64,000 nt of DNA from a virus: UHGV virus genome UHGV-0033546; one strand, 5' to 3'. Of this stretch, positions 48,205-57,692 are shown piece by piece (positions within the stretch are counted from its first letter, which is position 1; every line of letters begins with the position of its first letter). Made by a program: the position numbers and the translations under genes. The notes under the pieces were generated by a model. That model saw nothing but the letters and a program-made list of their open reading frames with translations, made no database searches and had not been told where the DNA came from.

Positions 48205-48766
48205 ATTTTTCTAATAATAAATCGCTTTCAAAATTGGGATTTTCTACGAATTTATCAAAAAGATCATCAACAATAGTTAAGATATTCTTTTTACTAAGAA
48301 TACGTTTATTTTCATGCTTCGTTTCAGAATCAACTATAAGAGTAAAGAAATATTTCTTGCCATGAAATTTTACAGTAGTATCAATATAGAACAAATTTGA
48401 CTTTTGTAAATTACGTTTAAACCATGCGTCACTTAAACTATAAACGCCAAGATAATCATAATCGTCATTTAAATAACAAACTGTCCATTCAGGAGAAATG
48501 AAATCAGTAAATTCAACATCAAAATCACATGTCAATGAATGAATTGATTCAATGCTGTTAATAAGTATTCCAGGACGTATTAAAGACTTTTTACCTCTGG
48601 AAAATCTTCCAGAAAGGCTTTCATCAGTTTCATATGAAGAACCCCAATAATAATTACGTCCTTCTGCCATACGTTTAAGAGCATTTAGTAATTGGTCTGG
48701 AACATCAACCTGTCTTTGGAACTCTTCAAACATTGAATTGAAATCACTTTGCATTTTCATTTTCAT
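48152..48766 (-). CDS. hypothetical protein, 204 aa
   Basis: Track ORF. Confidence 0.5.
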   Translation of the reverse strand: MKMKMQSDFNSMFEEFQRQVDVPDQLLNALKRMAEGRNYYWGSSYETDESLSGRFSRGKKSLIRPGILINSIESIHSLTCDFDVEFTDFISPEWTVCYLNDDYDYLGVYSLSDAWFKRNLQKSNLFYIDTTVKFHGKKYFFTLIVDSETKHENKRILSKKNILTIVDDLFDKFVENPNFESDLLLEKFVKECREYVKTITIPSK

Positions 48767-48786
48767 TCCTATTTACTCCAAGTAAT

Positions 48787-48802
48787 AGGGGCCGAAGCCC
48801 CT
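48787..48802 (-). terminator. hairpin with UUCG tetraloop
   Basis: + strand TAGGGGC-CGAA-GCCCCTTA between 48808 stop and 48766 start. Confidence 0.4.
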
Positions 48803-48807
48803 TATCA

Positions 48808-49401
48808 TTATTTCAGAGAATTAATGTATTCCTGAACATCGGCAGAGGTAGTTTCAACCCCAGAAATATTACCGTTAAAGGTTTCAACTCGAGCAAGGGT
48901 ATCTTCAATATCAACCTTAGTCAGTGCTGCAATTTCAACTACATCATCGGCAGTACTAATTCCAAGGGCATTTGCTGCACGAGTTTCACGGATATATTCC
49001 AATTTAACCGCAAGTTCTTGACGAGCATCATCTAACTCAACTACTTTCTTGGCGATTTCAATTCGCATTTCAGCATAACCGTCAGCCTTAGTAGTCAACT
49101 GCTCAGCTGTTCGACGATATAGTAAACCGAGTTTAGCATGCATTGTTACATCTTGACCTTCGGAAAGAAGTTTACGAATTTCACGCTCTTTTGATTCGGC
49201 CTGTCGATTCTTTTCGATAACAAGTTCACGAATACGTTTTTCTTCGTTAATAGATTTAATAGAAGCAGTTTTTAGATCTTTAATTTTATCAAGTAGTTTT
49301 GCTGCTGCAGCAGTATACTGTTCTTCGACAGATAGATTTTTAGCCATAGCAGAACCAAGTTTAGTGCGAATAAACTCAACAATTTTCTTCAGTGTGTTCA
49401 T
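48808..49401 (-). CDS. coiled-coil protein, 197 aa (PspA/IM30-like architecture, unconfirmed)
   Basis: Continuous charged heptad-type helices over about 170 aa; resemblance to PspA judged by eye only. Confidence 0.45.
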   Translation of the reverse strand: MNTLKKIVEFIRTKLGSAMAKNLSVEEQYTAAAAKLLDKIKDLKTASIKSINEEKRIRELVIEKNRQAESKEREIRKLLSEGQDVTMHAKLGLLYRRTAEQLTTKADGYAEMRIEIAKKVVELDDARQELAVKLEYIRETRAANALGISTADDVVEIAALTKVDIEDTLARVETFNGNISGVETTSADVQEYINSLK

Positions 49402-49505
49402 AGTATTTCCTTAGGTTGATTAAGATTTAAAATCCGTAAAAGTAGTATTATACTCTATCATCAAGTCACAGGCTCATAATATCTCAATCATGAGCCTATG
49501 TAAAC

Positions 49506-49781
49506 TTATTTCATATTATTGAAATATTCTTCTGCGATTTCGTCGTTATCATGGTAAACTTTAGAAGACAGTTTAACATAACCTTCAGCAGTGAACATGT
49601 TAATCACAACCTTTACAGTATACCACTGACCGTCTTCATTACCCATTACTGCGTAAGTTTCAAACATCGGATGATCAGGACCGATAACTTTAATATCATT
49701 CACTGTACGACCAAAATCTTCTGAAACGCATTTCATAAAGAAGTTAAACAGTTCGCCGTAATTATCCATTTCATTCTCCAA
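49506..49781 (-). CDS. hypothetical acidic protein, 91 aa
   Basis: Track ORF with early promoter upstream. Confidence 0.5.
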   Translation of the reverse strand: MENEMDNYGELFNFFMKCVSEDFGRTVNDIKVIGPDHPMFETYAVMGNEDGQWYTVKVVINMFTAEGYVKLSSKVYHDNDEIAEEYFNNMK

Positions 49782-49812
49782 GTTGTTTTCTGTATCAGTA
49801 GTTGATAGTTGT

Positions 49813-49841
49813 ATAGTACCATGGAAGAACAGTCTTGTAAA
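49813..49841 (-). promoter_or_regulatory. early-type promoter: -35 TTTACA (49841-49836), spacer 17, -10 TACTAT (49818-49813)
   Basis: Minus-strand reading; strong AT-rich UP element. Confidence 0.45.
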
Positions 49842-49980
49842 CAGTTTTGTGAAAAAATTTTTAAAAATTTTTAGGGAATTCTAGGGCAGGGAGGGGAAAT
49901 TAAAAGGTAGGATAATATATTATAAAGGGTATAAACTAAATGATGCCTAGAAAGGCCCGGAAAGGCCTAGATACCAAAAA

Positions 49981-50002
49981 GCCCCAACCTTTCGGCTGGG
50001 GC
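49981..50002 (-). terminator. intrinsic terminator, 9-bp stem with GAAA tetraloop and U5 tract, immediately after the IP-like gene
   Basis: Transcript GCCCCAGCC-GAAA-GGUUGGGGC followed by UUUUU; near-identical twin at 50540-50561. Confidence 0.6.
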
Positions 50003-50010
50003 TAAGAATG

Positions 50011-50484
50011 TTATTTGATTTGTTTAGCAGACCAAATGCGGTCTTTAATAATTTTTTGGATGTCTTCAACATACTCTAGGTCATGAGCATGTGGATTATC
50101 TTTAAAACTATGAGCTCGCGCAAGTTTCTGGCCTTCGGTCTTAATTACCAAAAGTTCTTTAAGGATAGCTTCATATTTAGAGATAATTCCTTTAACAATA
50201 TTTTTCTCTTGTGCGGCTTTAGGATCTGCTTTAGGAGCAGGTTTACCCGAAGCCTTTGCAAAAGCAGCTCCAGTAGCAACTAGACTTTTCCAGGCCATAC
50301 TAACCGCATTTCCCGTAAATCCTTCTGCTTTCATGTCGCGAGCAAATTGGAATCGTGATTCGTCAGAAGCATCTTTATAAGAATATTTACCCGCTGCAAT
50401 GGCTGCTTTTGCAACAGCTTGAATTTCGGTGCTAGATGCTTCATTTAACACCGCTTCATTTAAAAATTGAGTATATGATTTCAT
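50011..50484 (-). CDS. internal-protein-like protein with capsid-targeting-like leader, 157 aa
   Basis: N-terminus MKSYTQFLNEA follows the IP leader pattern; Ala/Lys-rich body; own late promoter and flanking terminators. Confidence 0.5.
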   Translation of the reverse strand: MKSYTQFLNEAVLNEASSTEIQAVAKAAIAAGKYSYKDASDESRFQFARDMKAEGFTGNAVSMAWKSLVATGAAFAKASGKPAPKADPKAAQEKNIVKGIISKYEAILKELLVIKTEGQKLARAHSFKDNPHAHDLEYVEDIQKIIKDRIWSAKQIK

Positions 50485-50524
50485 CTTATTTCCTGTTTTA
50501 ATTCGTGGATTTAATATACTACTA

Positions 50525-50532
50525 TATTTATA
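50525..50532 (-). promoter_or_regulatory. late promoter box TATAAATA
   Basis: Exact consensus on minus strand 41 nt upstream of ATG 50484; AGGAAA SD in the UTR. Confidence 0.55.
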
Positions 50533-50539
50533 CTAAAAA

Positions 50540-50561
50540 GCCCCAACCTTTCGGTCGGGGC
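50540..50561 (-). terminator. intrinsic terminator, 9-bp stem with GAAA loop and U5 tract (twin of 49981-50002)
   Basis: Transcript GCCCCGACC-GAAA-GGUUGGGGC followed by UUUUUAG; closes the tRNA/small-RNA transcription unit. Confidence 0.6.
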
Positions 50562-50868
50562 TAAGCCTTGCGGCAACCTTGTCGGGGTTCCACCTGCTAA
50601 GGCAAGTGTTTGTACGAAACGCCGGGATTCGAACCCGGTTATTAAGTAGTTGACGCTACTCAATATTTTTAAAAGGCCATATCTCGACCATATCCGAACG
50701 TTCCGTCAAAAACGCTACTCGGCTTACGGTAAAGATATTTCCTCGAATCGATAATTCGGTGCGCCGTTTCAGCTGTGATAGTAAAGAACCAGAACACAGT
50801 AAAACTGTGGGAGGAACTATACTCCAGGGAACATCAGTCCGACGACTTACCGGTAGCGACCCGGTTTC
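50562..50868 (-). ncRNA. candidate stable small RNA(s) downstream of the tRNA array (T4 species 1/2-like region), boundaries uncertain
   Basis: No minus-strand ORF; contains a perfect tRNA T-arm-like element (CCGGG-UUCGAAU-CCCGG at 50620-50636) and several GC-rich stems. Confidence 0.35.
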
Positions 50869-51219
50869 TTAATATTCTTTTAAAGTATCAATCTGTTCAC
50901 GACGTTTACGCCATAAATCAATTGCTTCATACGCAGATTCAGCATTTCGAATTAGTCGGCATTTGTGTAAAGACTTATGATTTTGATATTGTGTAGATAA
51001 CGGAATTTTATCTAAAAGGTCTTTACGTTCAAAGTATTCGTAACCATCTAAGCCAAATGAACGATTTTTAAGAAATTGCCAATGACCATATTCGTTTTCG
51101 ACATAAACATAATCCGCGTGTTGATAAAGCAAATTAATTACACGTTCAGAAATAACAGTGTCATTGTGATTAAAATAAAATGTTAAATCATGAACTACTA
51201 AATAAACATTACCTTTCAT
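50869..51219 (-). CDS. hypothetical protein, 116 aa
   Basis: Track ORF with ATG at 51219, directly downstream of tRNA-Arg. Confidence 0.5.
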   Translation of the reverse strand: MKGNVYLVVHDLTFYFNHNDTVISERVINLLYQHADYVYVENEYGHWQFLKNRSFGLDGYEYFERKDLLDKIPLSTQYQNHKSLHKCRLIRNAESAYEAIDLWRKRREQIDTLKEY

Positions 51220-51235
51220 ATTTTCCTCACTTAAT

Positions 51236-51311
51236 TGGTCGAGGCAGTAGGGATCGAACCTACGACCTAGGACTTAGAAGGTCCTTGCTCTTCCTTCTGA
51301 GCTATGCCCCG
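51236..51311 (-). tRNA. tRNA-Arg (anticodon UCU), CCA encoded
   Basis: Manual cloverleaf: acceptor CGGGGCA/TGCCTCG, T-arm GTAGG-TTCGATC-CCTAC, anticodon loop CUUCUAA. Confidence 0.85.
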
Positions 51312-51315
51312 TAAT

Positions 51316-51391
51316 TGGGGTGACCGATGGGAGTCGAACCCATGACTACGAGAATCACAATCTCGAGTTCTACCAACTGAACTACGGCCAC
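51316..51391 (-). tRNA. tRNA-His (anticodon GUG), CCA encoded
   Basis: Manual cloverleaf: acceptor GTGGCCG/CGGTCAC, D-arm GTTC-AGTTGGTA-GAAC, anticodon loop UUGUGAU, T-loop TTCGACT. Confidence 0.8.
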
Positions 51392-51505
51392 ATTAATACC
51401 TACTCCAACAATCAAGATGTCTTCACACGAAATTAAGAGAAGAATGATCAGTTCAACCCTTATAATCGCGTCAAGTAGATATTAATGTGACAGTTGTCAC
51501 AAATT

Positions 51506-51580
51506 TGGCGGACATGCATGGATTCGAACCATGGACCAATTGATTAACAGTCAACTGCTCTACCACTGAGCTACACATCC
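51506..51580 (-). tRNA. tRNA-Asn (anticodon GUU), CCA encoded
   Basis: Manual cloverleaf: acceptor GGATGTG/CATGTCC, anticodon loop CUGUUAA, T-arm CATGG-TTCGAAT-CCATG. Confidence 0.8.
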
Positions 51581-51584
51581 AAAT

Positions 51585-51671
51585 TGGTGGGGAGTGATGG
51601 AGTCGAACCACCCGAGTCGCAATGACAATGGATTTACAGTCCACACCGCTACCTCTACGGGATAACTCCCC
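51585..51671 (-). tRNA. tRNA-Tyr (anticodon GUA), type II with long variable arm, CCA encoded
   Basis: Acceptor GGGGAGT/ACTCCCC, anticodon loop CUGUAAA, 15-nt variable arm, T-loop TTCGACT. Confidence 0.75.
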
Positions 51672-51684
51672 CTAATTCATAATT

Positions 51685-51759
51685 TGGTGGCCCTGGGTGG
51701 AATTGAACCACCATCTGGCGATTATGAGTCGCTTGCTTGAACCTTCCAGCTACAGGGCC
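51685..51759 (-). tRNA. tRNA with anticodon CAU (Met, or Ile if lysidine-modified as in the T4 tRNA-Ile)
   Basis: Acceptor GGCCCTG/CAGGGCC perfect 7 bp, anticodon loop CUCAUAA, T-arm GGTGG-TTCAATT-CCACC. Confidence 0.8.
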
Positions 51760-51760
51760 T

Positions 51761-51836
51761 TGGTGCTGATTGACGGAATCGAACCGCCGACATCCTCATT
51801 ACAAGTGAGGTGCTCTACCTACTGAGCTAAATCAGC
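51761..51836 (-). tRNA. tRNA-Thr (anticodon UGU), CCA encoded
   Basis: Acceptor GCTGATT/AATCAGC, anticodon loop CUUGUAA, T-loop TTCGATT. Confidence 0.85.
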
Positions 51837-51841
51837 AAAAC

Positions 51842-51931
51842 TGGCGGAGGCGATAGGATTTGAACCTATGAGTCGCCGGAGCGACTGCCGGTTTTCAAGA
51901 CCGGTGCATTAAACCACTCTGCCACGCCTCC
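51842..51931 (-). tRNA. tRNA-Ser (anticodon UGA), type II, CCA encoded
   Basis: Acceptor GGAGGCG/CGCCTCC, anticodon loop CUUGAAA, long variable arm. Confidence 0.85.
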
Positions 51932-51933
51932 AG

Positions 51934-52007
51934 TCTCCATACAAGGATTTGAACCTTGGACCTCCTGATCCCAAATCAGGCGCTCTACCAAACTGAGCTA
52001 CACGGAG
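51934..52007 (-). tRNA. tRNA-Pro (anticodon UGG), CCA not encoded
   Basis: Acceptor CTCCGTG/TATGGAG, anticodon loop UUUGGGA; 3' end is 2 nt from the tRNA-Ser 5' end. Confidence 0.85.
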
Positions 52008-52017
52008 TAAATTAAAT

Positions 52018-52091
<74 letters not shown>

Positions 52092-52096
52092 AAATT

Positions 52097-52183
52097 TGGT
52101 GCGAGAAGTGGGACTCGAACCCACAAGGAAATCATTCCGCAGCATTTTAAGTGCTGTGCCTTTACCAATTTGACCATTCTCGC
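52097..52183 (-). tRNA. tRNA-Leu (anticodon UAA), type II, CCA encoded
   Basis: Acceptor GCGAGAA/TTCTCGC, anticodon loop CUUAAAA, long variable arm. Confidence 0.85.
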
Positions 52184-52184
52184 G

Positions 52185-52257
52185 CTGGGAATAAAGGACT
52201 CGAACCTTTGCATCCTGGAATCAAAATCCAGTGCCTTACCAACTTGGCTAATTCCCA
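52185..52257 (-). tRNA. tRNA-Gln (anticodon UUG), CCA not encoded
   Basis: Acceptor TGGGAAT/ATTCCCA, anticodon loop UUUUGAU; 3' end is 1 nt from the tRNA-Leu 5' end. Confidence 0.85.
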
Positions 52258-52354
52258 ATTATTAACAAAGGCTCTTAAGCAAGAACCCTTGATGATAGAG
52301 GGTATTAATCAGTGCGATATGAGTTAATAATAACAAATAATTCTTAAAGCATAT

Positions 52355-52648
52355 TTACCATTTATGATAATACATATTTACGATGCATTCAAGACCCAAA
52401 GGATTCTTGAAAATATCATATTCAAGAGGACCTTTTTCTGTTTCAATAAAGAAATCAAAATTTACTGTATTAAATTTACGATCTTCCTTCACTAATTTAA
52501 CTTGAGAAGATGAACGGTCAATGTAAACCTTTTCAACTTCAAAATATGTTAAAATGCCATAATCATCAATCAAGGCTTTAGCTGCTTCTTGATCATATTT
52601 ATATCCATTTTCAATGGATGATACTTTCGCATAAAGAATCATTATCAA
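52355..52648 (-). CDS. hypothetical protein, 97 aa
   Basis: Track ORF. Confidence 0.45.
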   Translation of the reverse strand: MIMILYAKVSSIENGYKYDQEAAKALIDDYGILTYFEVEKVYIDRSSSQVKLVKEDRKFNTVNFDFFIETEKGPLEYDIFKNPLGLECIVNMYYHKW

Positions 52649-53046
52649 CCTTCATCAACAATAGTGTGCGTATTGGCATTTACAATTTGCCACCAATCAA
52701 AGCGATTAGAACCACACATCGCTTTGTTTTCATTTTCTTTGATAATGTCACGAAGTTCATCTTCAGTGGAGGCTTTCGCGATTAAATCAGTATACCCACC
52801 ACGTGGATAATAATTATCACCTGCAAACAAAAGGAAATTTACCTTCCCGGAAGGAACATATGCTTCCTTAGGATACTTGTTTCCTGCGTGGTCAACCACT
52901 TCAATATAACGGTAAGGAATATCGGTTCTTTCAACCCATTGCCATGCCGCTGCAGGGGAATCGAAAGCATCTACACCTAAACGATTATCTTCATCTTTAG
53001 ATGGATTATTTTCGTAATCCGCATATACATAGTATTCAACGTTCAT
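52645..53046 (-). CDS. hypothetical protein, 133 aa
   Basis: Track ORF. Confidence 0.5.
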   Translation of the reverse strand: MNVEYYVYADYENNPSKDEDNRLGVDAFDSPAAAWQWVERTDIPYRYIEVVDHAGNKYPKEAYVPSGKVNFLLFAGDNYYPRGGYTDLIAKASTEDELRDIIKENENKAMCGSNRFDWWQIVNANTHTIVDEG

Positions 53047-53231
53047 TATTCACCTTTAGAAATTTTATCCATAACGATAGCGATTAAACCAATTAAAAAT
53101 GCTACTACAAGTGAAAACACATTTTCTGCTGTAGTTAATAATCCACATATAAATCCAACAAACATTGAAAAACTAAAAGCGGAAGCAGAAATTGCAATAG
53201 CAACATTTCGAATTAATTCACAACGTTTCAT
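53046..53231 (-). CDS. small membrane protein, 61 aa
   Basis: Two hydrophobic helices; early promoter upstream. Confidence 0.45.
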   Translation of the reverse strand: MKRCELIRNVAIAISASAFSFSMFVGFICGLLTTAENVFSLVVAFLIGLIAIVMDKISKGE

Positions 53232-53259
53232 TTTATTCTCCTCAGTAGTTGATAGGGTA

Positions 53260-53288
53260 ATAGTATCACTACTAAAACCCTATGTAAA
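53260..53288 (-). promoter_or_regulatory. early-type promoter: -35 TTTACA (53288-53283), spacer 17, -10 TACTAT (53265-53260)
   Basis: Minus-strand reading. Confidence 0.45.
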
Positions 53289-53308
53289 CAACTTTGTGAA
53301 ATTGTTTA

Positions 53309-53596
53309 TTACAAAAGATTTTTAGCAATAATCTTGAGATGTGCTGCAGAAATGTGTTTAGCTTTAAACAACGCAGTTTCTTCAGCAGGAGAGATAACGA
53401 TTGTAGCACCATCCTTTTTAGCAGACCACCCATCACCTAGGTAAACAGTACCTTTGATTTCTTCGCCATCAACCAGACTAATCATTGGTTTACCTTCTCG
53501 TCCTTTATTTGCTTTAATAACTTCAGAAGTAAGAGTAGCCTCGGTAATGGTAGAAACCGGGGTAGTTGTAGAAGTAAATTCTTTGAAAGTTTTCAT
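53309..53596 (-). CDS. ipI: internal protein I (IPI), 95 aa precursor with capsid-targeting leader
   Basis: 95 aa; leader MKTFKEF...; body ...ATLTSEVIKANKGREGKPMISLVDGEEIKGTVYLGDGW matches T4 IPI as recalled; position next to 57B. Confidence 0.7.
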   Translation of the reverse strand: MKTFKEFTSTTTPVSTITEATLTSEVIKANKGREGKPMISLVDGEEIKGTVYLGDGWSAKKDGATIVISPAEETALFKAKHISAAHLKIIAKNLL

Positions 53597-53626
53597 TTTA
53601 TTTTCCTAATTAATTTTGATGAGATA

Positions 53627-53655
53627 ATAGTATCACTACCTCATCAGCGTGTAAA
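53627..53655 (-). promoter_or_regulatory. early-type promoter: -35 TTTACA (53655-53650), spacer 17, -10 TACTAT (53632-53627)
   Basis: Minus-strand reading; 31 nt upstream of ipI ATG. Confidence 0.45.
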
Positions 53656-53668
53656 CAACTTTGTGAAA

Positions 53669-54365
<697 letters not shown>

Positions 54366-54366
<1 letters not shown>

Positions 54367-55091
54367 TATAGTACCTTTAGTGTATTTTTAATTTTAGAAA
54401 AAAGTTCTTCAAGAGAACCATCGTTTGTAATTACTAAATCACCATCACGAATTGGCAATCCAGCTTCTGTAATATGTGTATCATTGGATTTTTGACCAGG
54501 ACGAACTACATGAATTACTGTAGCACCCATCGCCCTAGCCGCATCCATTTCATGATCTTGACGAGTATCAGGAACGATATAATAATCATAACCTGAATTA
54601 AATTTATCAAGATAATCTAAAGCAAATAATTTTACCCAATACATGCGGTCGAAGTTATTAACAATCAAATCCGTACCTAGGGCTTGCATCAGACGACGGA
54701 CTGACCATTGATCTTCAATATTATTTATAACGTCAATAATCTTGTTAAATGCTACGGAATTAACTGATTCTTGTCCTTCGTCATCAAAAACAAACACACC
54801 CTTAATTGGGCTTTTACCGTTAAGATAGCAAAATGCTTGTTCCATAATCGTGATTACTTCTAATTTAGTCAGATTTAAATTAGTCTCACGATCATAGTCA
54901 ATTCCTTCAAACTCTTTACGAGTCAAGCAAGGATAGTCAGTGTTTGCTGCAAATACAGCCCATGCATAAGCCAATGCATCCTTAATCGGACCAGCAAGTT
55001 GGTATTTAACTGCAGAATAACTGTTCATAATAAAATCAGCAGTAGTATCTTTTCCACTACGCTTTACACCGCTTAAAAAGATTAATTTCAT
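54366..55091 (-). CDS. 1: gp1 deoxynucleoside monophosphate kinase, 241 aa
   Basis: ATG at 55091 (MKLIFLSGVKRSGKDTT), P-loop GVKRSGKDT; matches T4 gp1. Confidence 0.9.
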
Positions 55092-55140
55092 GTGTTTCTC
55101 CTCAAATTTAATTAAGATTATAACACACAAAACTGAAGCA

Positions 55141-55671
55141 TTAAACTTCTGCTATAATTTTGCCATCTTTTTCTACTTGAAAATAGGTGTAAGGAATCGT
55201 TGCAGTACATACTAAAGCCGGGTCTGAATCTTCCGTGTAGCTAAATTCTACTTCAGATAGGTCAGAAACCCAAGGCTTATAAAAATTTATTGACATCACG
55301 ATTTCAGTTTTGCTATTATCTAAGATGTAAAGCGTAATGTACTCAGGACCTGTTTTTTGGGCAGTATTTTCACCTGTAAGATAGTTGCTAGTTCCTAGCA
55401 TCCATTCATACATTCCTATCCACGACTTAAGCTCTTCATCAACTATAAATCTCACGATGAGTGGATCGTACTCAAATGTAACTCCTGGACGTTGTGCTCG
55501 GCCCAGTCCAAACGGCCCAGTCACGGTATCAGTAACAGGTATTCTAATTCCCGGAATAGGAACTGACTGAGCATTTAAAGTAAAAGCAGATGTAGTATTA
55601 CTATGTGGTATTGATACTACAAAGTTAGTTGTATTTGCTTGGTTAAAAATTTGTTGTAATGCTTGCGACAT
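55141..55671 (-). CDS. 3: gp3 tail completion/sheath stabiliser, 176 aa
   Basis: ATG at 55671 with AGGA SD gives 176 aa as T4 gp3; track ORF starts 55752. Confidence 0.75.
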   Translation of the reverse strand: MSQALQQIFNQANTTNFVVSIPHSNTTSAFTLNAQSVPIPGIRIPVTDTVTGPFGLGRAQRPGVTFEYDPLIVRFIVDEELKSWIGMYEWMLGTSNYLTGENTAQKTGPEYITLYILDNSKTEIVMSINFYKPWVSDLSEVEFSYTEDSDPALVCTATIPYTYFQVEKDGKIIAEV

Positions 55672-55777
55672 ATATTCCTCATAATGCTTTATAAATGTTG
55701 GTGGTATAATGGGTCTAAGTCCCTTCCATTCAATTCCATTTAGAACAAACAACAGAAAAGAATGGAAGATAATAGAA

Positions 55778-56602
55778 TTAAATATTTGACCAGACTTTGT
55801 TTGCAGAGAAACGTTTTCCTTTGGAGTAGAAGCTTTGGAGTGGCATTAACACAACGTTCGCCCAGTCTTTCGGGGCGATTTCAACAAGGCTACCCATAAT
55901 ATTACCAGGTATATATGCCTTAATCATTTGGTCTGCACCTCTAAATCCTTTCACTTGACTCCAATCAATTTTTAATTTCGTTTTATTAGTAATAGTAGGT
56001 GTATTTGAATATTGCTTTAAAAGCTCTTCTAGAAATTGCTGACGAGCTTTAGGTGGAATATAGTGCAAGTTCAATCCATACATTAAATTATGCTTACCTA
56101 AACCAAGGTAAATTATCAAAGGAAATTTATCCCAATAAGGAAGAGTTTCCTTGTGTTTAGCATCATAAGCAAAAGCATATATTCGTCCCGGCTGCGGGCG
56201 AACAACTTTATGTCCTTTTACTTGCTTAATAGTTTCAGCAAACCACTTTCTGGTTTTATTATTAATTGCTGCACCTTCATTACGAATTTTATCACGTAAT
56301 GTTTGTCTGAATGAATTTATCATAAGCAACTGTCTTTCTTGCTTATTGAGTTTATTCATTGGTTTTGATTCAAGCTTTTGAATCTTTTCAGCCGTTTTAA
56401 TTCCTGAAGCATATTTTGACATTGCTGAAGTAAATGTAGAGTATTTGATTCCTCTTTCTTCAGCAAATTGCTTTCCTGTCATTCCTTTTGCTTTGGCCTT
56501 TTTATATTCAAGACCTATCTGAATCCATTTCTTTTCGTTTAATGATTGCTTAACCTTTGGAACTTGGGGAGTGCTTTCATTAATTATTTGAAAAATAGCC
56601 AT
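55778..56602 (-). CDS. 2: gp2 DNA end-protector protein, 274 aa
   Basis: 274 aa, basic; position and length as T4 gp2. Confidence 0.8.
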   Translation of the reverse strand: MAIFQIINESTPQVPKVKQSLNEKKWIQIGLEYKKAKAKGMTGKQFAEERGIKYSTFTSAMSKYASGIKTAEKIQKLESKPMNKLNKQERQLLMINSFRQTLRDKIRNEGAAINNKTRKWFAETIKQVKGHKVVRPQPGRIYAFAYDAKHKETLPYWDKFPLIIYLGLGKHNLMYGLNLHYIPPKARQQFLEELLKQYSNTPTITNKTKLKIDWSQVKGFRGADQMIKAYIPGNIMGSLVEIAPKDWANVVLMPLQSFYSKGKRFSANKVWSNI

Positions 56603-57054
56603 TATGCCCCCTTAAAGCCAAGAGCTCGTAATCCATCTTCCGTTAGAATTCTAAATTTTATTCCACGCTTTTCAGCTAAAGATTGCGCTGCTTTCCATTT
56701 GTCAGTATTAACGGAATATGTATAAATTTCATTCATGAATCTTTTCTTCGCTGCAGTTGTTAGATGTGCTGGTTTAACTGGTGGTTGAGTTTCTTTTTTA
56801 GGTTTTATTTCAATAAAAAATTCTTGTCCAGAAGAATCTTTCATCCAAATATCCATGAAGTATCTACGTTTTTTCCCTTCTGCATTACAAAAATAAGGAA
56901 TTACTGCTGTTTCACTACCCCATGCAATAATTTCTGGATTTTTATCTAACCATTCAAAAAAGAATTTTTCCCAATTTGATCTATACGTAATTTTTTTAGG
57001 GTCACCTCTATATTTTGATACATTTTTAGGAACCCATTTTCCAGAATATGCCAT
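56602..57054 (-). CDS. 4: gp4 head completion protein, 150 aa
   Basis: 150 aa; ATG at 57054 with AAGGAG SD; late promoter upstream. Confidence 0.8.
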   Translation of the reverse strand: MAYSGKWVPKNVSKYRGDPKKITYRSNWEKFFFEWLDKNPEIIAWGSETAVIPYFCNAEGKKRRYFMDIWMKDSSGQEFFIEIKPKKETQPPVKPAHLTTAAKKRFMNEIYTYSVNTDKWKAAQSLAEKRGIKFRILTEDGLRALGFKGA

Positions 57055-57065
57055 TGGATTCTCCT

Positions 57066-57073
57066 TATAAATA
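57066..57073 (+). promoter_or_regulatory. late promoter box TATAAATA for gene 53 (plus strand)
   Basis: Exact consensus 28 nt upstream of gene 53 ATG (57102), followed by CAGGAGGG SD. Confidence 0.6.
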
Positions 57074-57080
57074 GATAATA

Positions 57081-57088
57081 TATTTATA
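57081..57088 (-). promoter_or_regulatory. late promoter box TATAAATA for gene 4 (minus strand)
   Basis: Exact consensus 27 nt upstream of gene 4 ATG. Confidence 0.6.
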
Positions 57089-57101
57089 AACAGGAGGGCC
57101 C

Positions 57102-57692
57102 ATGCTCTTTACATTTTTTGATCCGATTGAATATGCGGCCAAAACGGTGAATAAAAACGCGCCGACTATTCCTATGACAGATATTTTTAGAAACTATAAA
57201 GACTATTTTAAACGCGCTCTTGCGGGATACCGCTTACGTACTTATTATATCAAAGGTTCACCACGCCCGGAAGAATTAGCAAATACTATATATGGAAATC
57301 CACAGTTGTATTGGGTTTTATTGATGTGTAATGATAATTATGACCCGTATTATGGATGGATTACTTCACAAGAAGCAGCTTATCAAGCATCTATACAAAA
57401 ATACAAAAATGTAGGTGGAGACCAAATAGTATATCATGTAAATGAGAACGGTGAAAAATTTTATAATTTAATATCATACGATGATAATCCATATGTTTGG
57501 TATGATAAAGGCGATAAAGCTAGAAAATATCCTCAATATGAAGGAGCACTTGCTGCGGTCGATACGTATGAAGCTGCTGTTCTTGAAAATGAAAAACTTC
57601 GTCAAATAAAAATAATAGCAAAATCAGACATCAATTCATTTATGAACGACCTTATACGTATAATGGAGAAATCTTATGGAAATGATAAGTAA
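57102..57692 (+). CDS. 53: gp53 baseplate wedge protein, 196 aa
   Basis: 196 aa, first plus-strand gene after the divergent late promoters; length and position as T4 gp53. Confidence 0.8.
   Translation: MLFTFFDPIEYAAKTVNKNAPTIPMTDIFRNYKDYFKRALAGYRLRTYYIKGSPRPEELANTIYGNPQLYWVLLMCNDNYDPYYGWITSQEAAYQASIQKYKNVGGDQIVYHVNENGEKFYNLISYDDNPYVWYDKGDKARKYPQYEGALAAVDTYEAAVLENEKLRQIKIIAKSDINSFMNDLIRIMEKSYGNDK

Noticed and set aside
50775-50996. Plus-strand 73-aa ORF across the putative small-RNA region and the 116-aa gene
   Set aside because: Antisense to a minus-strand transcription unit; no SD; region better explained as structured RNA.
51392-51505. 114-nt spacer between tRNA-His and tRNA-Asn as an additional tRNA
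   Set aside because: No acceptor/T-arm pairing found; only a short palindrome (GTGACAGTTGTCAC); more likely a processing spacer.
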